Of a stretch of 64,000 nucleotides of DNA, positions 26,701 through 40,034 are shown piece after piece. The translations under genes and the position numbers were made by a program. The notes beneath the pieces were generated by a model. It had not been told where the DNA came from and searched no databases. It saw only the letters and a list, made by a program, of their open reading frames with translations. Origin of the DNA: Balanoglossus misakiensis (lineage: Eukaryota > Animalia > Hemichordata); contig CM082578.2 in the NCBI GenBank assembly GCA_040954595.2, positions 6,867,519-6,931,518 on the forward strand. Direction: 5' to 3'. Each line of letters begins with the position of its first letter. Positions within the stretch are counted from its first letter, which is position 1.

Positions 26701-29700
26701 TAAAGGAAAACTTAAGAATGTATGTATAGTTTACCCTCCTTTTATGCAACTAATTAAGAGTGCAGACGACCCAGGAACTTTTCTGCGTCTTCTTTATGTA
26801 TGGAAGTATTTTCTCGGCATCTATTACTAGTATTTCCAAAGGCGTTTTGTAACGTGCAACAAGCCCAAGACTTTCTGAAAAGCAAATCTAAGAAGCCTCG
26901 GGATAATTAATGATCTATCAAGTGCACACGGCGGATGCTTACAGGAAAACAAGCCACAAACCAGGATGTATGGCCAACGAACACGCTCGTGGCCGGTATA
27001 CGTGGAATTACCACTCAAACTCAATTATACAAGACTGATGCAATTTGCTTGGGGCCAGCACGGTTCCCGATTGATCAAGTTCAGTATGAAATCAGAGTAC
27101 CAGCGTCATTATCTCGTCGTGCATCACGGTTGGCATTAAACACTGTCCATGACTTCACCAATTAGCTCCCGTGGTCCGATGGATTGATCGGATGGATCAA
27201 AGACTCGGAATCTCGAGGAATGTTGACTGACTGCTCAGCTGCCCCATTAGCGTGTATAATGGTGTGTGCCATTCGTTGTGTACTACACAAGCAATGAACG
27301 AACTAAAGTAATAAAAACACTCGGTGAGACAGGCGGTGCGATCAGATTTTGTTCAGTCGTACCCTACAAAGACGAGAAAACCAACAGCCTATGATACGAC
27401 CACCAGCCCTTCCTTTTTTCTTTCGCCACACCCCAAAATATGATCATGCGCCAATCGGATGCGATTTTAAGGGTTATTGCAGTTTTTACAGCAATTAGGT
27501 CTTTGGAATTTTTGCTTTTAAAAAGCGTATTTTGAACACAAAACACAGATCACGTTGATGATGCGAAATAGCCAAAAGGCGCACTTCATTTTAAAGATAC
27601 GCTATATACATAGTCAAGAAGAAAATAGTTTACGTTTCACGTCCTTCTTGATTAAATATTTTTTAATAACACTGCAATTGTAATATTTTACTGAGAAAAG
27701 ATCACTTTGTAAGAATGACAACGCCGTTTCAGAGAATTAAGTTGATTTATACGATATTTCTGAATAACTTATAATTGCGGAATGGTTCCAACTGTTTTCA
27801 TATTGAAAGCGTAGAACGTAGAATAAGTTTGAGACTGTAGTGTAGTGACAGATGATAGTTGACTCACATTCCCAGTGGTTCTGAGATAATACCAATATCA
27901 CAATCAATTTTATGTCAGAAATACTCAAGGAATCCTTAAAAGAACATGAACAAAATTAAAAATTTCAAGTCGATATCAAACGTTACAGAAAAAAAAGTCA
28001 CGATAACTATATGCTTGTCTTGGAAATGATTGCGTCCAAGAGCGGTGCTCGATAAATAAAAAAAAAAGACGAAACCTTTCAGGAGTAAGGCTGCCAAGTG
28101 CCGCAAGGCACCTTATCATTGCGTGCCCAATCGTGGGTATACGAAAACGTTTACAGCCTGTGGGTGGGGATTGGCTGATAGAAAAAAAAATGTCAAACTT
28201 CTAACATGTTAGTTCCATACTCCTCTCCCACGTGGAAAACACTGATATTCATCGGTAAAATTGAACGTCATTAGTTGCCTTCAATTGAGGATTTTTTGAA
28301 TTCTCCTTAATCCATTAAAGAAAATAGAGGTCACTATGATTGCCTTTGAAATACAAGGCCACGAATTTAAGTCGATAAAATAACTGCCAGGTCAGTATTT
28401 TTCACCAACGGTCTTTCTACGGGTGAACACATTCAACGAAAATTATCTCAAACTTGAGTACGGTGACCATAAAGTTTGTTAATCAACCACCAAGTTTAAT
28501 TGCGTTTGGCTGAGCTATGTGGAAAATCGTCGTGAAATCGACAATGGTGCAGGAAGTGGGTTTTCTGGCAATTCTGTTGTAATCCTAGAGTAAGAGACGC
28601 TCGAAGTGCGTTTACCTTCTTTTGTTTCCATACACCCATTTAGCCTGCGAATGACAGTTTGTTGGCGAAGTGTTTTTTTCGCGTGGCCACCCCGCGAATC
28701 TCTGTGATTGCCTAGATTATTAATTTTTAATCTCTCCGTGGTCACCGTGGTTAAGTTAAAACTTTGCATTGATTTTCGCGCTGAATGAACGATATTGATG
28801 GCGGATCGCTTTCAAAGGAAAACTTGACCTCAACAGCCATACCTTTGACGTAATCATACTTGGTGATGGTATCTTGAAGTCCCAGTAACTGCCACTTTTT
28901 TACCATATTTTAATCGATATATAATTCAACTTTATGCTTAGTCGACAAATGGAACTATTTTGACTCAGTCGGGTTTTAGTAATACCCATGCGCGCATAGC
29001 ACTGTAGTAGCGTACTTTTGCATAGGACAGGTGAATAAATTGCCTGTCACGTGATAGTTGTGATAACAATGGTCACAGTTAAAGCAACCAAAATGTAGTC
29101 CCCTATATCTATAAGATTTCCGAAAATATATACTTTGAAGGGATTTTGAGCCCAGTACATGTTAATTACCCGAGAAATGTTTATTTCGAAGAGTGAGTTT
29201 CTTATTCTGCATCTTTAAGACAATCCGTCATGGACGCGAGAATCCGAGTAAGGCACAGTGAAACACCGTCTTCTCGACCGAAAAACGGACTCCATTTTAG
29301 ACCTTGAATGGTTGATATTTTACTACGATGTGGTAAATACCTCAGTTTAGATCAAATTCTTCATTGCCAATGCATAAACGTGCCCATGAGCGTCAAGAGT
29401 ATGCATTGGCAAAAGAGAATTGGTCCTAATTATCCGCATGGAGCTTTTCTGCTAACCTCTATTTTGCCTAATTTGGGGGTATTTGACATGTTGTACGACC
29501 AAAGGAAATTAGACGTCAACGTTTGTGAAATTCGGCAAAAATATAAGTAGCGTCATCTATTTACATTGTGGATTATTAAATTGTAATAAATATCCATTAA
29601 AAACAGGGGTCACCGTGCCAGTGTTTGAAATACGTCGAAACTGCAATTTTGTTAATCCCCAGAGTTGCAATGGGGAGGCAAAAGTCAGTCTTTACGACCC

Positions 29701-29792
29701 CAACTTCAGCATGGAGGGGGGGGGGGTCAAGCGCCACACCTATCAATTATTCGTCCAGGGCCAACACGTAGAGTCACGTGATTCTCTCTCCA

Positions 29793-29877
29793 TATATACC
29801 ACTCATCTATCGCTGCCTCACCCATTCTTTGATCGTCTGGACAGAAGATTTTACAAAAGCGACAAGACACGCAACAG
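29793..29877 (+). promoter_or_regulatory. Putative core promoter and non-coding exon 1 of receptor B
   Basis: GTCACGTG at about 29773; TATATA at 29793; Inr-like CCATTCT with A at 29824; strong donor CAG|GTGAGT at 29878. Exon resembles the receptor A first exon. Confidence 0.55.
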
Positions 29878-30226
29878 GTGAGTTGACAAAAATCATACAA
29901 CACATTAATGACCCGCTGGTAGACGTATAGAAGCTAAGGAAAATTTTACATTCGACAAACACCTGCAAGTGTACACATGCACGCGTTTGCTTGAGAACGT
30001 CGAGACCCGTCTTATCCATCTGTTATTTGCCTATGCCAGACATATTTTCTCGTCGTTCAAGCAGAAAGTAAACTCTTCTTTGAGAAGATTGTTGCGAAAT
30101 TTGGGTCTTTGTCTGATAATTTTTAGTGAAAGATGTGAATATAGTTGATCAGGAAATCGCGTCTATGAATATAATGCAATTGCCAATTCTGCGGTTTGGT
30201 GTAGTGGAGTGGAAGGTGGTGTAGTA

Positions 30227-30306
30227 CTGTGTTGTGTCGTGTTGTGTTCTGTTCTGTTGTATTGTGATTTGTTGTGTTGCGTTGTGTTGTGTGTTGTGGT
30301 GTTGTG
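30227..30306. repeat. Degenerate (GTTGT)n pentanucleotide repeat
   Basis: Direct reading. Confidence 0.85.
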
Positions 30307-30899
30307 GTTCTTTGTGATATAAGAACTCCTAGTAGTGTGTATTGATGGCATGGCGCGGACGAAAGGTGGAGTATGTATCATCCATTAATATCTTTATTGG
30401 TGTCGGGGTAGTTATGCAGGTCATTCAGGTAGATTTGAGCGTGTAAACCATCCTCTCCGGGAGCAGATCGGAGTAAAATCAAAGTTAAGCGAAGTATGTG
30501 TCAGAAATGGTGTCGACAATCTATCACCTCACTGTGTCAGTCACGGTGTTTTGGTCCCTCGCTCGGAGGGCGTGGCCGCAAACCAACTGTATGTCCCTTC
30601 TCTCAACGACACCATACAGCAGTGAGAGAAATTAGTACCGTGCAATATCGGACAAGTTTTTTTTTCTTTTCTCTATTTTTTTCGTAGCTATAGTGGAGCT
30701 TGAAAAGACGACATCTACTCAAAGCCCCAGTAGCTGCAACCTGTAGTATAGTAGTAATCGATGAAATACTGCAATCCTCAGTCGACAAACGACACCACTT
30801 TGAATTAGTGGAAATTCTAATAGCGCCCATGTGCTCAATGGGCGACTGTATAAACGGGTGCGGCACATTAAACGTACAACCACAATCAGAGATTGGTAA

Positions 30900-32940
30900 T
30901 TATTATCAATCTTTATTTTAGACACAATCGTCCATAGAAATTAGTTATAAAAAAAAAACTGGCAAAAAACACTAGAAAACTAAAATAAAATAAGTTAAAA
31001 AAAACACTCTTTAGAATAAATGTAAAATGTCCATCCAGTGGGCATGTAGACCATAAAAACGCATATCACATGACACAAGGCGATTGATCAAGACATTGGG
31101 ACTAGCACAGAGACGAACAGAAAAATTAAAATCGACTTTTCTTCTCATAACGGAGAAGCAGTTTACGGCGTTTAAAACAAATATTTTAGAGGCACTTTCG
31201 TGTCCTGGGTGACCAAGTAGTCTTCGAAGTGAATTATTGTGGCATACGATGATATTCCGGATTTTGTACAAATTAAAACCGCACCATAAATGAGAACCAT
31301 AAATATTGTTACAAAAAGCATTAAAAATACGCAATTTCACGTCGACAGAACACGAATTGAACTTTCTATGGAGAAAATTAGCCCTTCCACACAATGCTCT
31401 ACGTTGTTTTAGAATGTCCTCATTATCAGATAAATCATGAGAAAAATATGCCCAAGAAAGGTAAATTTACAAACAAATTCAAGAGTAGTCTCACAGAGAT
31501 TAACTGATGGAATACTTGAAAGCTTAATCGACGATTCAAAGTGCATGCATTTCGATTTTCGCGTGTTATATTTGATATCATGATCTTCAGCGTAGAGTTG
31601 ACATATCTGAATCTTTCGTAAACCTTTAACTGACGGTGCAATTAGACACATATCGTCTGCGTAGGACAGGTTGTTCAACATAAGTCCTGCTATCTCACAA
31701 CCTACACCGGCATTTGACAGCCTTATATTCAGCTTATCAACATAAACATTAAAAAGAAAAGGTGAAAGAATTCCACCTTGACGTACACCATTTCCCACTT
31801 TAAACGAATCAGAGAGAGCATTCGACCAGCGAATACAATAACTTTGACAGGAAAACCAATTTCTCAGCAAACGAACTATATAAGTAGGAACAGATCTGTC
31901 AATCAATTTCTTAAGAAGAGTCCAATGATTGACTCTGTCAAATGCCTTTTCGGCGTCTAAAAAGCAAACAAAAACAGAACTGTGGTTTCCTTCAGTAAAA
32001 ATATGCACATGTCCGTACTGTGGGAGCTTTTAAAGCCAAACTGATTGTCAGTCGTATGTAAATTATGTTCGCACCTGTTAAGAATAATATATTCTAAGAC
32101 CTTCGAAGACACACACGTTAAAGCAATAGGGCGATAATTGTTCTTACTGGAGAGATCTGCAGTCTTGTCATTAACAACAGGAACAAGAATGACCTTCGCA
32201 AGCTTATCTGGTATGGTACCGTGGATAAGAATAGAAGTAAAACAACAAGCGAAATGTATACGTAATTTCCTAGTTGCATATTTCAAGTGTTCAGCACTCA
32301 GTTCATCTGCGCCAGGAGACTTTCCGATCTGAAGTTCAGCAAAAATTTTGTCTATTTCATCTACACGAATATTCAGATTATCAGACGAGGTCACAGATTC
32401 CGTGGTATGCATTACACCAGCTTGATGTTTCGTGTTGTTGACAGAATTGAAAAGCTGCTCGAAGTGACTACCCCACATGTTTGCGATATGTTGATCACCT
32501 GTGATGTTATTGACAGTAGCAGGTAATGGGCTCTTTTGTTATTGAGATCAGCAACTGCGGTCCAAAACCGTCGGTGGTCTTTTTCAAGAAGAGCTTGGGC
32601 CATGCCATCTGCTCGTTTGCGATCCTCTTCTTTTCGGCATTGTCTAAGAGCATATTTAAATTTTGCTCTGCTTTGACGCATATGTTCATAGACTGGTCCA
32701 AAGCGTGGCTTGGATTCCGATTTCCAGGTTAAATATGCTTGACGAGCCATTTTATGTGTCTCCCTAACTGTATCGTTCCAACCGGGTATTGGATGATATC
32801 TTACGGATTTTTTACCGGCAAAAGAATCACTGCTGGCTTTAATAAGTGCCTCACAAATTGAGTTGTAGTAAGAATCAATTGCTCGATGATGACTGTCATG
32901 TTTACAGTTACAATTGTTACAGGATAATGCCTCGACACAT
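30900..32940 (-). mobile_element. 5'-truncated, frameshifted non-LTR retrotransposon ORF2 (RT); clade tentatively RTE-X/CR1-group
   Basis: Overlapping ORFs carry GKSPGAD, NYRPIAL, QFGFK, FLDAEKAFDRV, GVRQGGILSP and YADD; the 3' end has AATAAA near 30915. Confidence 0.92.
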
Positions 32941-34981
32941 AGACCCTAGAGAAAGAAGGACGCGCAACTCCAGGTTTTTCTTGAAACGATGTTCTTTTGC
33001 ATACATTATTTCCGGATAATCCCCAATAATCCAATTTGCAAATAAACTATGTATAAACTAACGCAAAGTCTCGCGTTTTGCGTGAAGTTATCACAACATC
33101 TCGCAAAAGACGAGAAAACTGCAACGTGGTTGAAATGCAGCGATCATTTATGGAACACATCTGGACAAGTTAAACACGAATTTGGCACTTCTGAGTCTGA
33201 CAGCGTCCAAAACAAGCATCTTTTGTCGAACAGTCCCGGTATTTGACAAGGCTGTGAGCTAACCGTACCTAGGGTTTCCTGCCGTCGTCAACCATGAAAA
33301 ACCAAGATGGCGGCCATAGCGCACACGTGAAAATCCACCCAGTTTGTTTACAAATTGTTTTCGTGAAATCTGTTTTATTGTTCACGCACTGCGAAATAAA
33401 ATGCCCCTAAACCACAATTTTTGTTTCAATGCTTCACGCAAACATAAAATTATTACGAAAAGTGTCAGCATTACCAAGAAGTATGAGTGCCCAGTCGGAC
33501 ATGCAAAAAACATGGATGATTTGTTTACAATTTTTAAATGAAGCTTGTGGCACTAGAAATGACTGTTCAACCGACAGACGAACACCAAACCATAATAAAT
33601 AGCACAGACAACGTAATACTTTTTGAATTTTAGAAAAAAACGCAGTGGCTGCTGAAATATAGGAGTGCCAGTTTTGGTTACTGTCGCGCATCACAGAGTT
33701 GCGTTTATTTTTTGGTGATATGTTAATGATATGCTAATGACATTTACGCGTGCCAAAGTGGAGATTCAAGCATGCCACCGTCCTAGGTGTTAATTATATG
33801 CAAAAGACATCGTCATACCGATAATCCCCAAACCCTTTGATCTTTGCCGCAGTTGCCCGTCCTTCTTTCTCTAGGGTCTATGCTCGACAGGAACGTTAAT
33901 ATTTTGCAGGTACTGTTCGGAACTGGTCAAATATTTATTAATGTCCTCGTTGTTGACAGAGGCCCAGTTGATCCCAGCCCAGGTTGGGTTTGGCCTACCC
34001 ATGGACGTAAAAAGAGCTTCCTTCGTGTAATGGTCCAGCTAACACTTTTCTGGAAATTTTACCAACGCCCTTTGTAATGTCGAAATGTTTAATAATGTGC
34101 TCTGGTACAACGATCATAGAAACTATATATGATTGGGATAACTGAATGCAAGGGCATTCATTATTACACCTCACGTATTATGTCGTATTCGTGATTGGCT
34201 AAGACGCGCTCACGTGACATAGAGACAAAAGTGATATAACATGGTTAGAGTTGATAAAGCCCTGTTGATATTGCCAGCTGGGTTGTTTTGGTGTTCTGCG
34301 CGCGACTTCTGCGCTTAACAAGCTGTCGTTCAATGGCTTCCTCCACGATCAGTCAACTCCCGCATCTATGGCTTCAAAGCGACACACAGGGTTAACACCT
34401 GTTCAACTGGACGATATTTTACTGCAATCGGACAGTAAATACACCAAAGTCGCAACAAACAGCTCAGTATCCTCAAAATTATCTGAGTTCAAAGTAGGTT
34501 TAGTTCTTGGGAGATCGAGACATTTTACATTCTCAGCAATGCAACGTACGACATGGACGCCACCCTACGTTCTTCTATGCTGCAGTGTATGTACGTTCAA
34601 ATGTTCGGCGTAATAAAATTAATAACACATGATGCTCGGGCAACATCACGATTTGAAGCCTGCCCTCGGGCTGGTGCTCTCTGACCATAAAATTGATGAT
34701 GATATTGGCTTGGATCCATCGACGTATTGAAATGGCCACAAATTACAATGTTGTCACCCTCAAACATTCACTTGGTTTACAAAATTACAAATATTGACAA
34801 GACGGAGGGAAGATCCCTCGAAATCTAATTCAACACTGAAAAATCTCATAATGTTATCTTTATATGCACATCAATAATGGCAACAGGAATGCTTTTGAAA
34901 AAAGTATCGCAGCCCCACAACTATGTACTGTGCCGTGATTATATAAAAGGTTACCTCCCCAATCTCTATTAAATTTTATTT

Positions 34982-35425
34982 TTGGCATATTGTAGTAATA
35001 TTTACTGTTGCAGTTTGTGGGCATCCTTTAAAGTTAAACCGATGAAAAAATTTAAAACTATGTACAATAATGTTTGGAGAAGACTTCTCGGTCTTCCGCC
35101 ATTTTGCAGTGCATCGGGTATGTTTGCTACAAACCATGTATTGTCACTTGGTGAAGTTTTTAGACGCAACATGTACAGTTTTAAGCGTAGACTCGAAAAT
35201 TCTTCTAATGTTTTACTTGATGCGATCTGTTCATCAGATAGAGCGACTGACAGCATATTTTTCAAACATTGGCGAAAGCAATTGTATATAATGTAATTTT
35301 GAAGAGTTTTTTTGTGTGTGTGTCTCAGTTTCAGACTTTCCAGAGTATTTTCATTAGTGTTTTTTTTTTCTTCTCTCTTTTGGGTATATGGACTTTTTTT
35401 TTAAAGTCTGAAATAAATAAAGTAT
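34982..35425 (+). mobile_element. 3' fragment of a related LINE
   Basis: YNNVWRRLLGLPPFCSASGMF aligns with HNNSLRRLLGHPGHESASKIF of 31011-31394; T-rich UTR ending in AAATAAATAAAG. Confidence 0.8.
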
Positions 35426-35584
35426 TAAATTCCATATTTTCTCTTCACTTTATTTCATTTACTATAGGTCTCTCGCACGCAAACAATACGTAAACATTGT
35501 CGTTTCTTTTGACAGACTTCAGGGGGAAAATGTGTGATAGCTTTATTTTTAAATTCTCTTTCTAGGCGCGCAGAATATTGCACC

Positions 35585-36137
35585 ATGAAAGCTGTTTGGT
35601 GTTTCTTCTGCATGGGTCTACTGATGTATGGGAATGAGATGGTGGCATGGTCGCGTGCAACTGGTAGCAGTCATCAGACACCTCATTTGACTCCCGCGCC
35701 ACATTCGTCGGTGCCGTCGACGGCGCAGTCGACGACTCCTTCTGCCATCGACGAGATTACAACTCGGCCTCCGTGGTATTATCTTGTGTCTCCAGAGACT
35801 TTGCGGTGCCACTACCCGACAAGTGGAAATCCACTGGACTCGTGCTTGACACCCAGCGGGCTACTCTGCAATGGCACAGTGACTGTGAGAACCTCTGCGC
35901 ACGACCACTTTATCTGCTCCTGCCAGCCCGAATGCCTGTGGCGTGGAGATTGCTGTCGCGACTTCGAAGAGAAATGTTACGGTGGCGACAACGACGGGTT
36001 GCCGAACACGGAAGAAATATGGGAGCCTGAATTCTGCATGAAAGTCACAGGCGGTCGCCTTCATATGATGGTGACGCATAAGTGTCCCAGAGACTGGTTG
36101 CATGAGAGTACCCGGCAGCAGTGTGAAGGTGGCAGCG
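35585..36137 (+). CDS. Receptor B, coding exon 1: signal peptide, short S/T/P stalk, SMB-like domain
   Basis: Acceptor tctctttctag| at 35565; ACCATGA start (MKAVWCFFCMGLL); CSCQPECLWRGDCCRDFEEKC; donor G|GTAAG at 36138, phase 1. Confidence 0.88.
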
Positions 36138-36759
36138 GTAAGGTCATTTGTGTTTTCTGAGGTGACATTGTCTCATTTTGTTCTGCTCAACTGCTCAGTG
36201 CTGAACGTTCGTATTTTATTATTTTAGAGAGAAATAAACGTGGAAACATGATTTCGAAGCAGAACTAGATCAACATCTGCTCCAAATTGTAGGGCATGCA
36301 TGTTCACATTCAATGTACGATGTACAGTGGAGCAGAGGTTATTGTCATTTGCTTTGATACAACCTCATTGATTGGTTGGGTCTCCTTCAACCACAGGGAG
36401 CTCTTCCTCCTTGTTTGTCTATAGGCCTATAGGGAGTGATGATGTGCAGCAAATGAACCCCAACCCTTACAAGTTACCCCAATTCTTGTACCCTAACCCT
36501 AACCTGTCAACAAACAAACAAACAAACAAACAAACAAAAACAAACGTGACCATATTTGGAAACATGTATATTTTTTATTATACAAAATGTATTAATCAAT
36601 ATTAACAGATCATATACACGCGCGCGCACGCACACTATATGCAACAGTGGGGGGAAAGGCTGCTACAGTGTACATGTATTGTGTTTGTAAACAGAAAAGA
36701 CGCAGTTCAGACCACCCCCCCCCCCCCTTTTAACACGTGTCGTTTTTATTTTATCACAG

Positions 36760-39053
36760 ATGCGTCTGTTTATGAAGTGACTCCAGTGGTGGATGTTGTC
36801 GGAGGAGGCCGGGTATACAGGAACATATATTGCGCTATGTGTAATGGGGTGAATGAATCAAGCGTTCAGTTTGCCACCTTACTGTGGCAATGCTCGCGCA
36901 GTGCCAGCGTTCGAGACATTATCGGAGAACTTGGGGTCAACATTTCCTCGATTCTCTCCTTAGTTAGAAACGACGAATTGTGTCCAATGACACCGCGAAT
37001 CCTCGAAGAACTCCGACGTGAAGACGACGCGTGTTTTCGGCCCGAGGACACTTGCCCTGTTGGCTATCACAATGCCACGATTATCGACTTGTGTCACAGT
37101 TATACGGCAATAGTTGCGGTGATGACAGGTCGGGGAGGCGGGACGATTTATTATAAGAACATTCATTGTGGTATATGTAATACAGAGGAGATATATTTTC
37201 CCCTGGTAACCTGTGGTTTACCACCGCTGGAACATATACGCGGTGATCGCAATCCCACATTTGATATATTGTTTGATTTCAATGCCCAGGGTGAGCAGCG
37301 TGTTCGAGGCGATGCGAATTCTTTCCAAGAACAAATTGATTGTGGAGAAAACGAGTTCTTTGACATGTTCATAGAGAAGTGTGTTTTAAAAGTTTCTTTG
37401 GAAAGCACTTTATTGGCCGATGATGATTCCGGCATCGACCTGGCGAGCACCCCAGTGTCAGATTGGCTAGATCTTAACAGTTCCTTTGTGAAATGGAAAG
37501 GCGATGAATCTGTAGAGATTGTTCTCAGTCTCCGCATTTTCTTTCCATCGCAAACTTATCTGTGCGATATGAATCAACTAAAAAGCAACGTGACGTCACT
37601 GGTTAATAATATCTTCGTTAACGATACCTACAATATTGCAACGTCACAATACCGCATAGATGAATCTTCCGAGGGCTTTCTTGTCACCTTGTCGGTTGTT
37701 CTTGAAATTGAATCGCGTTTTATGAGAGATTTTCTGCCAACAGCATGCATGACATCCTGGTTGAAACTGGGTTCAATATTGCCCATCGTGGCGGACGTCA
37801 AATCGGTGACGTTTGAAATGAGAAACGGCGAGTGTGACAACGACACATCGCAAACAACGGTTGGGGGTCACGTGCTAAATTACAACAACGGAACTTCAGA
37901 GGAAGATTCCGCGGCCAATGTCACACGGCACTCAATGTACAGCTCCGAGCTTTTCAAATCTAAGTCGTGCCATTATGGCGGAGAAGGTCCCCTACCAGGA
38001 TTTGAACTTGAAGTCGTGTTGTGTGCAAAGAAGGGTAATGAGGGGGGTGATTCAGGTCTGAGTTGTCCAACAGGAACGATTCTGAAGGTCTCCGAGGGCA
38101 ATTTTGTGGTCGGTGACGACGTTCTTTCCGTCAGCTCGTGGAAGTATCCAAAAGAATCGTTTGTCCTATCGAGGGATGGCTCCTTCGCCCTTGTGTGCCA
38201 CGCGAAGTTTACGGGGGCTTCGTTTTGGCACGTGAACTCTAAAACAAAACTGAAACAGTCGCTGACTCTCATTGGTTGTATCCTATCCATCGTGTGTCTG
38301 TTTGTCACAATCGTGACAATCTGCGCCTTCAAAAAAATGCGAAATCGACCCGGAAAGATTATACTGAACTTGGCTGTTGCTCTCATTGTTGCGCAGTTGC
38401 TGTTTGTGTCAGTATTGGATGTCACTACGTGGCCATGGTTGTGCAAGACAACTGCTATTGTTTCCCACTATGTTTGGCTTGCCGTGTTCTGCTGGATGAG
38501 TGTCATGTCCGTTGACATCGTGTACATGCGCACGCGGCTGACAGGACCCGCGTCTGCGAATGGCAGAATTTTTTTGTATTACTGCGTCTACGCCTGGCTG
38601 CTGCCTCTCCTCGTGGTGGTCGTCTGCGTGGCCATTGATTTCTTGGCTCCCACTGACTACCAGATTGGTTACAGTGAAGGAGGCCACGTGTGTTGGATCG
38701 GCCGCCCCACTCCTTTGATAATCACATTCGTGGGCCCTGTTGGCGTTGTTCTGGTTTTCAACATAGTTTGCTTTGCGTACACTTTGTACTCGATATTTAA
38801 GTCGGAAAGGGAAATGAAAAACCATCGTCAGAAATCGTACACGACTCAGCACGTCATCTTCTCAGTGAAGATGTCCACGGTCGTTGGGCTGACGTGGATT
38901 ATTGGATTCGTGGATGGCTTCTTTCAGTCCGACGTTTTAGATTATATATTCATTTTTTCAAATACCTTGCAAGGCGTGTTCATATTCGGAGCGTTTCTCT
39001 TGCGCGTGCGCACAGCTGGGTTGTATCGCGACCTGTGTTGCCCGTCTCAATAA
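36760..39053 (+). CDS. Receptor B, coding exon 2: Cys-rich ectodomain + class-B/adhesion-like 7TM domain
   Basis: Acceptor ttatcacag| at 36759 (G|AT = Asp). Collinear paralogue of receptor A. Spliced CDS is 2847 nt, 948 aa. Confidence 0.92.
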
Positions 39054-39660
39054 CAAAGCCTGCATTTGATCCCTAGGTTACTCACAACTTGATTTCGTAA
39101 ATGACCAAACGCCTGGTTGTGTGTTTGAAAGAGGGGTCTTCATATACCTGTATGTGGTGTGTTAACCAAGCTATATTCACGCCTAATTGTCCAGAAGCGG
39201 ATTTTGTCCCCCGAATTTCAGAAAAAAATTATGGGAAGGGACTTAGTTAAGTCAGCTAAATGTGAGAGAAATGCTGTATGTTTAAGAAGGTTACCTATAC
39301 GTCACTGATTTTTAAGGCCTCAATGATATAATTCACACAAAAAGTGTCGAAGTTGGATTGTGCTGGGGAAATAAAGGGCCATACGTCGTGTTGACTGCCA
39401 TTTATAAGACTGTATCAACCTCAACAAAACGCATTCCATCACTTCCCTCGTGAATCGTTCATGTCCAGTGTCAGGATGAGCTCCAATATGTTCACCGTGT
39501 GATTTCCATAATTAAACCCCCAAAGGCTGACACTTGTAGCATATTTTTGATGGACAAAAAACTCTATAAAATAGATCCTAAAAGCCGCGCGTGCATACCA
39601 CGATAGCTGTGTACTCTTGCATTGGGCGGCTGAATAAACGAGTGTGTCACCAATTTATTA

Positions 39661-39782
39661 TTAAAGGCCGTTTTCTCGACCCCAGGCCAGAACAATGGAG
39701 GCAAACAAGAAAACCTCTGTGTTTACACGTAACTGTTTATTGGAAACAAAATATTTGACTCACTGTTGAGCAAGGCCTTTAA
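39661..39782. mobile_element. TTAA-flanked MITE, family 1, second copy
   Basis: TTAAAGGCC...GGCCTTTAA; matches 483-604. Confidence 0.75.
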
Positions 39783-40034
39783 CTTGTTTATATTTACATG
39801 TATAGCCACAATCAGAGGTTTACTAGTATAACATGTTTGTGTATACCCATAACTTAGCTCATGGCCCACTCTTAGTTTGACAGTTAAATCATCAATGAAA
39901 GAAATTTTTAACTATTGGGGCTTTAATGTTGTATGTCTCCACTGATGTTGATCCAGCGGGCATAGGCCTAACTACTGAAAAAAAAAATCTTTTATCGCTG
40001 CGGTCTCTGCGCAGTTTTTTTACTTTTTGTTTGT

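Noticed and set aside
27165-27230. tRNA-like head (GCTCCCGTGGTCCGATGG...GACTCGGAATC)
   Set aside because: No T-arm/B-box and no cloverleaf; at most a decayed SINE head.
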